A stretch of 52,261 bases of DNA from Luminiphilus sp. (lineage in GTDB: Bacteria > Pseudomonadota > Gammaproteobacteria > Pseudomonadales > Halieaceae), in contig CBFHQN010000001.1 of NCBI GenBank assembly GCA_965657765.1, forward strand, positions 1-52,261. The letters run 5' to 3'. Shown in pieces: positions 10,172 through 20,199 of this stretch (positions are counted from its first letter, which is position 1; each line of letters begins with the position of its first letter). The translations under genes were made by a program, and so were the position numbers. A model generated the notes under the pieces. The model was not told where the DNA came from. It searched no databases and worked only from the letters and a program-made list of their open reading frames with translations.

Positions 10172-11088
10172 ATAAGACGAAACGCCTGCCCTACAAACGT
10201 GCCATTTGCTACTCGGGATTCCGGGATGGGCAGAGTCCTGATGCGGGCGTCTTCCCCTCGGAGTCAGAAATTCTGGAAGATTTGCGGCTTCTCGAGGGAC
10301 ATTGGGATGCCCTTCGAGTCTACGCCTGTGATCTGCATACCGAGCGAGTGCTTAAGGTCATCGAGTCCGAGAGTCTTCCCTTCACAGTCATGCTCGGTGC
10401 GTATATCGGTGCAGAGGTAAACAACCCTAATTGTCCGTGGGGCGGTGTCTACAGTGATGAGACCCTGGAAAAAAATCGCGTTAACAATCAGCAGGAGCTG
10501 AATCGAGCAGTGGCATGGGCTAATCGCTATAAAACGATTATCGACGTCGTATCCGTGGGCAACGAGGCGACCGTAGATTGGACTGACCATCTTATCGAGC
10601 CCGAGACTGTAACAGCGTATGCGGCCTTTTTGCGTACACACATTTCTCAACCTGTCACTTTCTGCGAAAACTATGTGCCCTGGTTGAATAAGCTCAGCGG
10701 ACTCGCCGAAGAGCTGGATGTCATTGCTATTCACACCTATCCGGTGTGGGAATACAAAACGGTAGCCGAGGCAATGGCGTACACACGCGAAAACTTCGAT
10801 GCGGTTCAGAGCGCGCACCCAGATAAGCAGATCATCATTACGGAAGCCGGGTGGGCCACAGCCTCGAACGGGCGCGGAATCCCACCAGAAAACGTGGGCG
10901 AACTCCACCAAGAGGCGTACCTTCGAGAGTTGCTCGGCTGGGCAGAGGAAGAACAAATCCTCGTCTACGTATTTGAGGCCTTTGATGAGAACTGGAAGGG
11001 CTCAGATCATCCGTTGGAACCGGAGAAGCATTGGGGTATCTACCGAGCAGATCGCTCCGGTAAACCAGCGCTGTCGCTTCAGGGATAA
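10168..11088 (+). CDS. Second GH17 family glycoside hydrolase
   Basis: AICYSGFRDGQSP, VGNEATVDW, HTYPVWE, ITEAGWAT, FEAFDENWKG; 4-bp overlap with the first GH17. Confidence 0.88.
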   Translation: MNKTKRLPYKRAICYSGFRDGQSPDAGVFPSESEILEDLRLLEGHWDALRVYACDLHTERVLKVIESESLPFTVMLGAYIGAEVNNPNCPWGGVYSDETLEKNRVNNQQELNRAVAWANRYKTIIDVVSVGNEATVDWTDHLIEPETVTAYAAFLRTHISQPVTFCENYVPWLNKLSGLAEELDVIAIHTYPVWEYKTVAEAMAYTRENFDAVQSAHPDKQIIITEAGWATASNGRGIPPENVGELHQEAYLRELLGWAEEEQILVYVFEAFDENWKGSDHPLEPEKHWGIYRADRSGKPALSLQG

Positions 11089-11302
11089 GGCGGAGCTGCG
11101 AGTAAATATCAGGCGTCCACTCGTTAAGGCAGTGCTGTGGCAAGCGCCGAACCGCAGGGAACGCTGAGCAGAGAGGGACTTTAAAGAAGCGCTAGGCTAG
11201 TCCCACTAGCTAAACAGTGCCGAGAATGAACAGCGCCCATACACGCCTGTGTTCATGCGTATACTGGGGGCGCGTAGAAAACATACTAGGGGTGCAGCAG
11301 CA

Positions 11303-12847
11303 ATGAATGGCGCGGACTTACTTATTAAAAAACTGGCCGATGCAGGTGTGACGGCATGTTTTGCTAATCCAGGCACCTCTGAGATGCAGCTCGTTGCGGC
11401 TCTCGACAAGGAACCGCGAATAAGGGCTGTGCTCGGTCTATTTGAAGGTGTCGTCACCGGCGCAGCGGATGGTTTTGCGCGCATGACCGATACACCTGCA
11501 CTTACCCTTCTTCATCTGGGTCCGGGCTACGCAAACGGTATTGCCAACCTACACAATGCATCACGCGCGCGGGTGCCGGTGCTCAATATGATCGGTGATC
11601 ATGCGACACACCACCTCGAACTCGACGCCCCGCTCACGTCTGATATCGACGGCCTTACCTCAGCTGTTTGCGCTTGGACAGGCGTATCAACCAGCTCAGA
11701 TGATCTACCAGAGGTTGGCCTCGCCGCATGGCAGGCCAGCATGGCCTATCCCGGTCAGGTCACTGCGTTTGTTGCGCCCGCCAACCACGCCTGGGATCCC
11801 GCAACGTCAAATGTCGATATTCCTGCTGTATCGGCTCCTAGCAGTGTGAGTGATGAGCAAATTCGTGAAGCAGCAGGTGCCCTGCGAAATAGCGATTCAG
11901 CGGCGCTTTTCATGGGCGGTCATGCACTCAGAGAAGAGGGTCTCATTCAGGCGGGACGAATTGCTGAAGCAACGGGTGCGAGGCTTATCACTGAAACGTT
12001 TTTCACCCGCCAACAGCGCGGTGCAGGGAGAGTTGAGACAGAGCGTCTCCCCTATTTTGGAGAGATGGCAGCCGATCACCTTCAGGGTCTAGATACGCTG
12101 GTGATTATAGGAAGCAAACCGCCCGTATCGTTCTTTGCTTACCCCGGAAAGCCGGGATGGCTATCGCCCGATAACGCCAACCTCGTCCAAATGGGAGACC
12201 ACACCTTTGATGCAATCGATACGCTGACCCGCATTGCTGATGCGCTCGGAGCGCCCTCTGAGGTAACCAAAGTCGCCCAACGCGTAGAGCATGAGCTTGA
12301 ATCGGGACCGATCAACGCGGTCGAACTGGGTAAAATCATTGCTAACCGCCTCCCGGAGAACGCGATCGTCTCCGACGAGGGCGCAACGAACGGCTTGGGC
12401 GCCTTCCTGATGACGGGAAGTGCCGCGCCGCATGACTGGCTGACACTTACTGGCGGTGCCATTGGTCAAGGCCTACCACTCGCATTGGGTGCTGCCGTCG
12501 CCTGTCCCAATCGTAAAGTGCTCGCACTCGAGGCTGATGGGTCCGCCATGTATACCGTTCAGGCCTTGTGGACAATGGTGCGAGAAGATCTCGATGTTAC
12601 CGTGCTGATCCTGAATAACGGCTCTTACGCCATTTTGAATATCGAGCTTGCGCGAGTAGGCGTTGAGCAACCAGGTCCGACGGCGCTTTCACTGCTCGAT
12701 TTGACAAATCCTGCTATCGAGTGGACCGATATTGCGAAAGGTATGGGCATGGCCGCCGAGCGTGTGGACACCGTTGAGGCACTTGATGATGCCGTAGCAC
12801 GAGCCATGAATGAACGTGGTCCGAGGCTGATTGAAGTCATTTTGTGA
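11303..12847 (+). CDS. ThDP-dependent enzyme, acetolactate synthase large-subunit-like family
   Basis: MNGADLL start, CFANPGTSE, LFEGVVTGAADG, ThDP motif ADGSAMY...NN; no small subunit gene adjacent. Confidence 0.85.
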   Translation: MNGADLLIKKLADAGVTACFANPGTSEMQLVAALDKEPRIRAVLGLFEGVVTGAADGFARMTDTPALTLLHLGPGYANGIANLHNASRARVPVLNMIGDHATHHLELDAPLTSDIDGLTSAVCAWTGVSTSSDDLPEVGLAAWQASMAYPGQVTAFVAPANHAWDPATSNVDIPAVSAPSSVSDEQIREAAGALRNSDSAALFMGGHALREEGLIQAGRIAEATGARLITETFFTRQQRGAGRVETERLPYFGEMAADHLQGLDTLVIIGSKPPVSFFAYPGKPGWLSPDNANLVQMGDHTFDAIDTLTRIADALGAPSEVTKVAQRVEHELESGPINAVELGKIIANRLPENAIVSDEGATNGLGAFLMTGSAAPHDWLTLTGGAIGQGLPLALGAAVACPNRKVLALEADGSAMYTVQALWTMVREDLDVTVLILNNGSYAILNIELARVGVEQPGPTALSLLDLTNPAIEWTDIAKGMGMAAERVDTVEALDDAVARAMNERGPRLIEVIL

Positions 12848-13021
12848 AGAAAGGAGTGGGCAAGGCTCTTTGCAATTCAAGGCTACTCAGCGGTCTACGG
12901 CTGCCACTGAAAGCGAAAACCAGGAGGGTAGATAGGCACAACTGCGACAAACCCAACAAATAGGCGCGCCAATCCGAAAATAACAGGCAGGGATTTACGA
13001 GATCTCTCGTATACTGCGCGC

Positions 13022-14146
13022 ATGCAAAATCACCTGCTCGCCAATATCAAAACAGTCTTAGTCTTGCTAGTTGCGGCTGCAGTGCTTGTCGCCTGCTCGT
13101 CGGAGGAAGAGACAGAGTCGCAGAGTACGCGAGGTTCTTGGGGCGCAAGAGAGTTGCCTGTTACCACCGCTCACATTGAGCGCACTCCATTGATCGACTC
13201 TATTAAGTCCGTGGGCACAGCCCGCGCACAGCAGAGCGTTACGCTCTATCCCGAAAGTGCGGGGGTGGTGACTTTTGCGAAACTGGCTCCTGACGTTCCA
13301 GTAACAGCAGGTGAAGTCCTCCTTCAACTAGACGACAGAGATCAGACACTGGCGGTTCGACAGGCTGAGGTAGAGCTGGCGGAAGCGAAGCGAACGCTCG
13401 AGCGCTACCTATCGCTCAATATGACGGAGGCCAATATCCCTCAGAGTACGATCGATACCGCACAGAGCAATGTCGATCTTGCAGAAATCCGTTTGTCTCA
13501 AGCAAAAGTTGAGCTATCACGCCGAGTGGTAACTGCGCCCTTCTCGGGCCGAATTGGCATTACTGATGTGGAGATCGGAGACCGTGTCGACACGTCAACT
13601 ATCGTCACAACGCTCGACGATCGGAGCGTTTTGCTTGTCGACTTCACAGTACCAGAGAGTTTTATCGGAAAAATTGTAACGGGTCTCGACGTGGATGCGC
13701 GACAGTGGGAATCGCCAGACGACAATACCAGAGGCAAAGTTGTTGCGGTTGACTCCAGAGTTGACTCATCAACACGCGCCTTTCGCGCCAGAGCAGCAAT
13801 CGACAATAGCTCAGACAGCCTACGCCCTGGCATGGCTTTTGAAATCGACGCTTCGATCTCCAAAGGCGAATACTTAAGCGTGCCCGAGTTGGCGGTGCAA
13901 TGGGGTGCTGATGGACCCTATGTCTGGTCGGCAGATGGCGATCGCGCGAAGCGAAGTTCTGTAGAAATGGTCCGTAGAGTCAATGGCCGCATGCTCATCC
14001 GTGGTGATGTGCTTGAAGGTCAACGTGTCATCCTTGAAGGGATTCAAAGCGTGCGTCCGGGCATGAAAGTCAACGATCTGTCCTCAAACCAGATCCTGGC
14101 AAAGCCTAAAGCAGGCAAAGTGTCATCAAAGAGTCAGGGATCGTGA
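13022..14146 (+). CDS. RND efflux periplasmic adaptor (membrane fusion lipoprotein)
   Basis: Lipobox LVAC, coiled hairpin, APFSGRIG, LRPGM; directly precedes an RND permease. Confidence 0.9.
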   Translation: MQNHLLANIKTVLVLLVAAAVLVACSSEEETESQSTRGSWGARELPVTTAHIERTPLIDSIKSVGTARAQQSVTLYPESAGVVTFAKLAPDVPVTAGEVLLQLDDRDQTLAVRQAEVELAEAKRTLERYLSLNMTEANIPQSTIDTAQSNVDLAEIRLSQAKVELSRRVVTAPFSGRIGITDVEIGDRVDTSTIVTTLDDRSVLLVDFTVPESFIGKIVTGLDVDARQWESPDDNTRGKVVAVDSRVDSSTRAFRARAAIDNSSDSLRPGMAFEIDASISKGEYLSVPELAVQWGADGPYVWSADGDRAKRSSVEMVRRVNGRMLIRGDVLEGQRVILEGIQSVRPGMKVNDLSSNQILAKPKAGKVSSKSQGS

Positions 14147-14184
14147 GATTGACTTGTGCCCAGCCCAGCTTCTGAGACTCGCGC

Positions 14185-17100
14185 ATGAAAACCACACTTA
14201 ACAACCTCGCAGGTGCCGGATTACCCGCACTCGGTGTGAAACGCCCCTGGTTGGTCGCGGTGATGAACTTACTCATCGCCATTGCGGGTCTTGTCTCCGT
14301 CTTCGCCATTGAAGTACGTGAACTCCCTGATGTAGACGAACCTGTCGTAAACGTGCGGGCAAACTTTCCCGGTGCTTCCCCCGAGACAATGGACGCCGAG
14401 GTCACCCGTATCCTTGAGGGTGCAGTTGCTCGTGTGAGCGGAGTTAAAGAAGTCAATTCCAATAGCGAGGAAGGCAATACTCGAATACGCGCGTTGTTTA
14501 ACCCGAGCTCCGATGTCGACCGAGCTGCCGCCGATGTGCGTGAGGCGGTCAGTCGTGTTCAGCGCCAATTACCAGACAATGTTGAGCAGCTCGCGGTCTT
14601 CAAAGCGGACGAGGATGCCGAAGAAATCATGCGCGTTGCTGTGCTGGCTGATGGGATGTCAGAGCAAGATCTCGCAACTGTGGTAGAGCGCGATGTCGTG
14701 CCCGCTTTCATCTCGCTTCCCGGTGTGGCGGACGTTCCCTTGTTTGGATCGCGCCGCCAGATTCTTCGGGTGGAGCTCGATCCCGGTCGTCTTAGCACTT
14801 ACGGTCTGACGGTGACTGATGTCAGAGCAGTGCTCGCACAGGCACCTTTGGATGTGCCCGCAGGAAGCTTTAAGACAAGCGATCAAACACTGCTCGTGCG
14901 TGCTGATGCCGCCGTGGACTCCGAGGACGACATCGGCAACCTGTTACTTACCGATCAAGTTCGCCTGAAAGACGTTGCCAGAATCGCTTACACGCCCGAC
15001 GACGCCACCTCTATCGTAAGACTCAATGGTCAGCGGATCTTGGGTGTTGGCATCGTGCGTCAGGCTGGCTCAAACACCATTCAGATTTCAGAAGGCGCCC
15101 ACAGAGCTATAGCGCGCTTTAACGCGCAAAGAGATGACATCAAACTGCAGGTCATTTCTGACGAGGCAGTCTTTATCAACGGCGCCGTGGCAGAGGTTCT
15201 TAGAACACTTGGATTCTCAGTAATCATCGTCATTCTCACGCTTCGCTTATTCTCTGGCAGCTGGCGTTTTACCCTAGTGCCGGCGGTAGCAATTCCGATT
15301 TCCCTGCTCGGCACCCTTGCGGCGAGTTGGGCACTTGGTTTCTCCATCAACATTCTCACGCTCCTAGCCCTTGTGCTGGCAACGGGACTGATCGTCGATG
15401 ACGCAATCGTTGTTCTAGAGAGCATCCAGCGGCGACAACAGCGCGGAGAAGGCACCAGTGCTTCCTCGGTGCTTGGCACGCAGTCAGTATTTTTCGCGGT
15501 CATTGCAACGACGATGGTCCTCGTCGCCGTCTTCGTACCTATCGCCTTCCTGCCGGGCACCTCTGGCCGACTTTTCCGAGAGTTTGGACTGGTTCTGACT
15601 GTGGCAGTCGCAATCTCATCGTTTGTTGCCCTGTCACTGGTTCCCGCGCTGATGGCGAGACTTGGCAAGTCCCATCAAGCAAGGAACGATGCAGCAGCGG
15701 TGAAACCCAATGTTTTACAACGCGGCTATGCAGTCACCCTCTCAAAAGTGCTCGACTACCCTAAAACGGCAGCGCTTATTTCGGTTGCCATCGCAGGTCT
15801 CGCGGGCAGTGCCTTCATCGAGTTGGAGAGCGAGATCCTCCCGACGGAAGACCGCGGTAAGATCAATATGTTTGCGCGAGGTCCTGCAGGTGTTGGCCTT
15901 CCCTACACCGAGCGGCAAGCCGATCAGATCGAGGCCATATTTCAGCCCTACCTGGACTCAGGGGTTATTGACCGACTCTACAGCGTAGCCGGTCGCTGGG
16001 ACGCCAACATCATTTACCTTGTTGGCACACTAAAACCTTGGGAAGAGCGAGATATCTCACAGCAGGAGATCGCGGCGGAGATTCAACCACAACTCAGCCA
16101 ACTTCCCGGTGTCACAGCCCGAGTCTACGGGAGTAATAGCCTTAATATGCGCGGCGCTTGGCGAGGCGGCATACAGTTTGTCCTACTCGGTAGTGACTAC
16201 GAAGAGATATATGACGCAGCTCGAGTCTACGCTGACGCGATTCGGGAGAGACTTACCAGCGTTTCAAATCCACGCATCGACTACACACCCTCACAGGCAC
16301 AGGTTGCCATCCGAATAGACCGTGAGCGACTCGCCGACCTCAACGTATCAATCGACGAGTTAGCTCAGACGCTGCGAGTGATGGTCGACGGTGTACAAGT
16401 CGTCGATCTCAACGGCCGAGATCAGTCGATTCCTATTATTCTGAAGGCAGGTAAAAACCGCATTCGGGGACCGAATGACCTTGTAAACCTCTTTGTGCGC
16501 TCGCAGGACGGTCAGCTTATACCGCTGGCGTCACTGGTCACGGTGGTAGAAGAAGGCGTTCCTGATGAGTTGCGGCGCTTATACCAGCGACGCTCTATCA
16601 GCATCGATATGCAAACCGTTGAGGGTGTTGACCTGCAGACAGCGGTGGACGATTTAACTGCATTGGCCCGCGAAGTTGTCCCCCCAAGCATTTCGGTTGT
16701 ACCCGAGGGCGAAGCAGCACGGCTGGGTGAATCGCGCCGAGACTCACTCTATGCGTACGGACTTGCACTTTTGATTGTGTTCCTGGTCCTGGTTGCGCAG
16801 TTTGAGAGCCTCACCTCGGCACTTGTGATAATGACCATCGTGCCCTTTGGACTCGCAGCGGCAATCTTCGCCCTATTCATTACAGGAACGTCGCTTAACG
16901 TTTACTCGCAAGTGGGGCTTGTCATGCTGATTGGCTTGATTGCAAAGAACGGCATCCTGCTCGTCGAATTTGCCGATCAGCAGCGTGATGCAGGGGCCAA
17001 CGTTAGAGAAGCCATAGAGAATGCAGCCAATATTCGTCTCAGGCCCATCGCGATGACGCTGATATCCACCGTATTGGGTGCCCTCCCGCTCATCTTGTCT

Positions 17101-17286
17101 TCCGGCCCTGGATCAGAGGCCCGCGAGGCTGTTGGATGGGTCGTTTTCGGCGGTTTGGGACTCGCAGTGTTCTTCACACTGTTCCTTACCCCTGTCATTT
17201 ATCTTGGTGTGGCGCGCTTCTCCAAACCCCGTGCCGATTCTCAGCAAAAACTGGAACAAGAGTTACAGCTCGCAAACGACCTTTGA
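14185..17286 (+). CDS. RND efflux permease (AcrB/AcrD/AcrF family)
   Basis: 1033 aa; proton-relay motifs GLIVDDAIVV, LIAKNGILLVEFA, RLRPIAMT; no outer-membrane factor gene adjacent. Confidence 0.95.
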   Translation: MKTTLNNLAGAGLPALGVKRPWLVAVMNLLIAIAGLVSVFAIEVRELPDVDEPVVNVRANFPGASPETMDAEVTRILEGAVARVSGVKEVNSNSEEGNTRIRALFNPSSDVDRAAADVREAVSRVQRQLPDNVEQLAVFKADEDAEEIMRVAVLADGMSEQDLATVVERDVVPAFISLPGVADVPLFGSRRQILRVELDPGRLSTYGLTVTDVRAVLAQAPLDVPAGSFKTSDQTLLVRADAAVDSEDDIGNLLLTDQVRLKDVARIAYTPDDATSIVRLNGQRILGVGIVRQAGSNTIQISEGAHRAIARFNAQRDDIKLQVISDEAVFINGAVAEVLRTLGFSVIIVILTLRLFSGSWRFTLVPAVAIPISLLGTLAASWALGFSINILTLLALVLATGLIVDDAIVVLESIQRRQQRGEGTSASSVLGTQSVFFAVIATTMVLVAVFVPIAFLPGTSGRLFREFGLVLTVAVAISSFVALSLVPALMARLGKSHQARNDAAAVKPNVLQRGYAVTLSKVLDYPKTAALISVAIAGLAGSAFIELESEILPTEDRGKINMFARGPAGVGLPYTERQADQIEAIFQPYLDSGVIDRLYSVAGRWDANIIYLVGTLKPWEERDISQQEIAAEIQPQLSQLPGVTARVYGSNSLNMRGAWRGGIQFVLLGSDYEEIYDAARVYADAIRERLTSVSNPRIDYTPSQAQVAIRIDRERLADLNVSIDELAQTLRVMVDGVQVVDLNGRDQSIPIILKAGKNRIRGPNDLVNLFVRSQDGQLIPLASLVTVVEEGVPDELRRLYQRRSISIDMQTVEGVDLQTAVDDLTALAREVVPPSISVVPEGEAARLGESRRDSLYAYGLALLIVFLVLVAQFESLTSALVIMTIVPFGLAAAIFALFITGTSLNVYSQVGLVMLIGLIAKNGILLVEFADQQRDAGANVREAIENAANIRLRPIAMTLISTVLGALPLILSSGPGSEAREAVGWVVFGGLGLAVFFTLFLTPVIYLGVARFSKPRADSQQKLEQELQLANDL

Positions 17287-17403
17287 GCTCCCTCACGCAA
17301 GAAGACATTACGGTAAATGAAACTCGCATATCATCTGTAAACCTGCCTTTGGGTTTCATTTGTGCCACTATTGGCGCAAAGAAAAACGACAGAGGTGAGA
17401 TCT

Positions 17404-17910
17404 GTGCCAACCATCAATATCAACGGTAAAAACCAATCGTTTGAGGGCCTAGACCCCTCAATGCCTTTGCTTTGGGCACTGCGGGACCATGCAGGCATCC
17501 AAGGCGTTAAGTACGGGTGTGGTGTGGGTCAATGTGGTGCTTGCACTGTATGGCTTGATGGCTTTGCGACACGCTCGTGCCAACTTACGGTGGGCGCGCT
17601 CGATGGTCGATCCATCACGACGATCGAAGGTCTGGCCGGCGACAAATTACATCCTGTTCAGCAAGCATGGATCGACAACGATGTGGCACAGTGCGGTTAC
17701 TGCCAAGCCGGTCAAATCATGTCAGCCGCGGCGCTTCTCGAGCGCAACCCAAGCCCAGCGGACGACGAAATTGACGCAGCCATGGCGGGCAACATCTGCC
17801 GCTGTGGTACCTATGTTCGGATCAAATCAGCGATTAAAGCCGCGAGTGGTGTGATGACCGCCTCCGCCCTCTTCTACGATGCAACACAGTCAGAGGAGAT
17901 CACCGTATGA
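17404..17910 (+). CDS. 2x[2Fe-2S] small subunit of molybdo-hydroxylase (IorA/CoxS-like), copy 1
   Basis: [12 protein letters not shown]...C and QCGYCQ...NICRC; GTG 17404 after RBS GAGGTG. Confidence 0.92.
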   Translation: MPTININGKNQSFEGLDPSMPLLWALRDHAGIQGVKYGCGVGQCGACTVWLDGFATRSCQLTVGALDGRSITTIEGLAGDKLHPVQQAWIDNDVAQCGYCQAGQIMSAAALLERNPSPADDEIDAAMAGNICRCGTYVRIKSAIKAASGVMTASALFYDATQSEEITV

Positions 17911-20117
17911 ATACCGTTATCGACTACAAAACAAACGAAGGGCGCCGAAATTTTTTGAAGGCGTCGCTCGGTCTCGCCCTGACATCATCAGGCGGTATCT
18001 CCATCATGTCTGCCGTGGCGGCAGAAGCGTCGGGGGCACTAAACGCCTACGTCGAAATCGACAGTAGTGGGCAGATCACTATCTTTGCGCCAAATCCCGA
18101 GGTGGGCCAGGGGGTTAACACATCCCTGCCGATGATCGTTGCCGAAGAGCTCGACGCTAATTGGGATGATGTCGTGTGTCGGGCAGCACCTGTCGCGCCG
18201 AACTACGGCGCCCAGTTCGCAGGTGGTTCATTATCAACACCCATGCGCTGGGATGAACTTCGCAAAGTGGGTGCAACTGCGCGCGAGATGCTGTGTCAGG
18301 CGGCAGCAAAACAGTGGAAAGTCGCACGCTCTGAACTTACCACTAACAAATCAATGGTTATGCATTTCGGCAGTGGAAGAAGCGCCAATTATAAGGAGCT
18401 TGTCGCCAATGCAGCGTCGATACCTGTGCCCGAAGAGTCATCGGTCACGCTAAAGAGTGCGAGCGACTACCAGCTACTTGGCAAGCGGGTGGTCAACGCA
18501 TCAGCGGCAGATATTGTTGTCGGCAATCCGATTTTTGGAATCGACGCGACAGCACCCGGCATGGTTTACGCCACCTACGTCAAGTGCCCTTCAATTGGCG
18601 GGATTGCTAAATCCGCGAATCTTGATGAAGTCAAAGCCCTCCCCGGTGTTATCGATGCTTTTATTCTCGAAGGTAAACCCGGGGCGCTTGATTTTGGCGC
18701 GCTGCGAAACATGCACGCCTTCGCACCCGGTGTCGCGATCATTGCAAGAGACACATGGTCCGCATTCAAGGCAAGAAAATCGCTGACCGTGGAGTGGGAT
18801 TACGCTACAGCCTCAAAAGACAATAGTGACGCACTAAAAGCTGAGGCGTTGGCAATCCTGAACTCCGGGACCGGCCAAAAAGATATCGAACGCACAGGTG
18901 ACGTTGATGCTGCGTTTGCGCAGGCAGACCTTACCGGCGATGCCATTTATCAGATGGACTTCGTCTCACACGCACAACTCGAGCCGCAAGGTGTTGTTGT
19001 CGCAGTGAAGGGGAACGGCGTAGAGGTCTGGAGTAGCAGCCAAACGCCCGTTTTCATCACGCAGAACATCGCCAATCAACTCGGCATTGACGTCAAGAAC
19101 GTCACCGTCCATCAGATTCGTGGCGGTGGCGGTTTTGGTCGCCGCCTGTCCAACGAGCCAGTCTTTGAGGCAGCAGCGATCTCACAGCGTATTGGGAAGC
19201 CCGTCAAACTCCAGTGGTCGCGTGAAGACGATATGGCCTTTGATTACTATCGCTCAGCGACCAACTATCGTCTTCAGGGTGCTGTTAGTGATGGCAAGCT
19301 CGTGGGTTGGAAAAACCTGATTGCGGCGGGCTCACGCGATGACGAGAACCCCAATTACGCCGCCGGTTATAGACCTTTTGATTTCCCGGGAAAAGTCATC
19401 CCTAACGTCGCTATTGAGCAAACGCTGTTCAAGTCGGAGACACCCACTGGTCCCTGGCGAGCCCCCATCTCTAACGTCTATGCCTTCGCGGAGCAGTCGT
19501 TCATTGCCGAGCTCGCCCACCAGGCAGGCATAGATCATAAAACGTTCTTGCTCGACGCCATTGGTAATCAGGGTTGGGTCAAGGAAGGCGACATTCAGAG
19601 CCTAAACACCGCGCGAGCGCGAGCCGTTATTGAGGCAGTAACAAAGGCAGCGGGCTGGGGTAGAAAACTTCCTGAAGGTCGTGGCTTAGGTCTCGGCTTC
19701 TTCTTAAGCCACGCGGGCCACATTGCAGAAGTTGCAGAGGTTAGTGTGGAGGGTAATAACGTTACCGTCCACGACGTCTGGCTTGCCGCTGATGTCGGTC
19801 AAGTGGTCAACCTCTCTGGCCTTGAGAATCAGCTACAAGGATCAGTGGTCGATGGCGTAAGCGCTATGGCTGCGCAGTCGATCACGGTTAAGAACGGTGC
19901 GGTGGTCGAGAGTAACTACGACAGTTACCCTCTGCTGCGCATGCCCCAGAGCCCGCGCGTACACGTGCAAACGCTCGATTCAGGCTATCGTCCAAGTGGG
20001 GCTGGCGAGCCTGCCTTGCCACCTTTGGCGCCTGCCGTCTGCAACGCCATTTTTAATGCCTGCGGCAAGCGGATTCGATCGCTTCCCATCAGCAACGAAG
20101 GATTCACCATCGTTTGA
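17907..20117 (+). CDS. Molybdopterin-binding large subunit (IorB-like aldehyde/heteroaromatic oxidoreductase), copy 1
   Basis: Twin-Arg [19 protein letters not shown], catalytic GAGEP; ATGA overlap with small subunit. Confidence 0.9.
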   Translation: MNTVIDYKTNEGRRNFLKASLGLALTSSGGISIMSAVAAEASGALNAYVEIDSSGQITIFAPNPEVGQGVNTSLPMIVAEELDANWDDVVCRAAPVAPNYGAQFAGGSLSTPMRWDELRKVGATAREMLCQAAAKQWKVARSELTTNKSMVMHFGSGRSANYKELVANAASIPVPEESSVTLKSASDYQLLGKRVVNASAADIVVGNPIFGIDATAPGMVYATYVKCPSIGGIAKSANLDEVKALPGVIDAFILEGKPGALDFGALRNMHAFAPGVAIIARDTWSAFKARKSLTVEWDYATASKDNSDALKAEALAILNSGTGQKDIERTGDVDAAFAQADLTGDAIYQMDFVSHAQLEPQGVVVAVKGNGVEVWSSSQTPVFITQNIANQLGIDVKNVTVHQIRGGGGFGRRLSNEPVFEAAAISQRIGKPVKLQWSREDDMAFDYYRSATNYRLQGAVSDGKLVGWKNLIAAGSRDDENPNYAAGYRPFDFPGKVIPNVAIEQTLFKSETPTGPWRAPISNVYAFAEQSFIAELAHQAGIDHKTFLLDAIGNQGWVKEGDIQSLNTARARAVIEAVTKAAGWGRKLPEGRGLGLGFFLSHAGHIAEVAEVSVEGNNVTVHDVWLAADVGQVVNLSGLENQLQGSVVDGVSAMAAQSITVKNGAVVESNYDSYPLLRMPQSPRVHVQTLDSGYRPSGAGEPALPPLAPAVCNAIFNACGKRIRSLPISNEGFTIV

Positions 20118-20149
20118 TGTGGTGCCGAGGTCGTTAACTCATAGATACA

Positions 20150-20175
20150 AAAAAGCCCCCGATTGGGGGCTTTTT
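20150..20175. terminator. Bidirectional terminator between the convergent molybdoenzyme operons
   Basis: AAAAAGCCCCC-GATT-GGGGGCTTTTT. Confidence 0.9.
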
Positions 20176-20199
20176 AATTTCCAACTCAGGATTTCTTCA

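Noticed and set aside
10264-10956. Long antisense or off-frame ORFs (also 15081-15668, 32194-32895, 37587-38168, 41252-41794)
   Set aside because: They lie over well-supported genes, lack motifs and RBSs, and are expected by chance at this GC content
11285-11300. ACTAGGGGTGC before a ThDP enzyme, resembling the 5' end of a TPP riboswitch
   Set aside because: It abuts the start codon (probably the RBS), and the CUGAGA and ACCUGAU core elements do not follow
17315-17361. AAATGAAAC…GTTTCATTT inverted repeat upstream of molybdoenzyme copy 1 as a Moco riboswitch
   Set aside because: A single stem in a short spacer without the multi-hairpin Moco-RNA architecture; may be a weak terminator or operator
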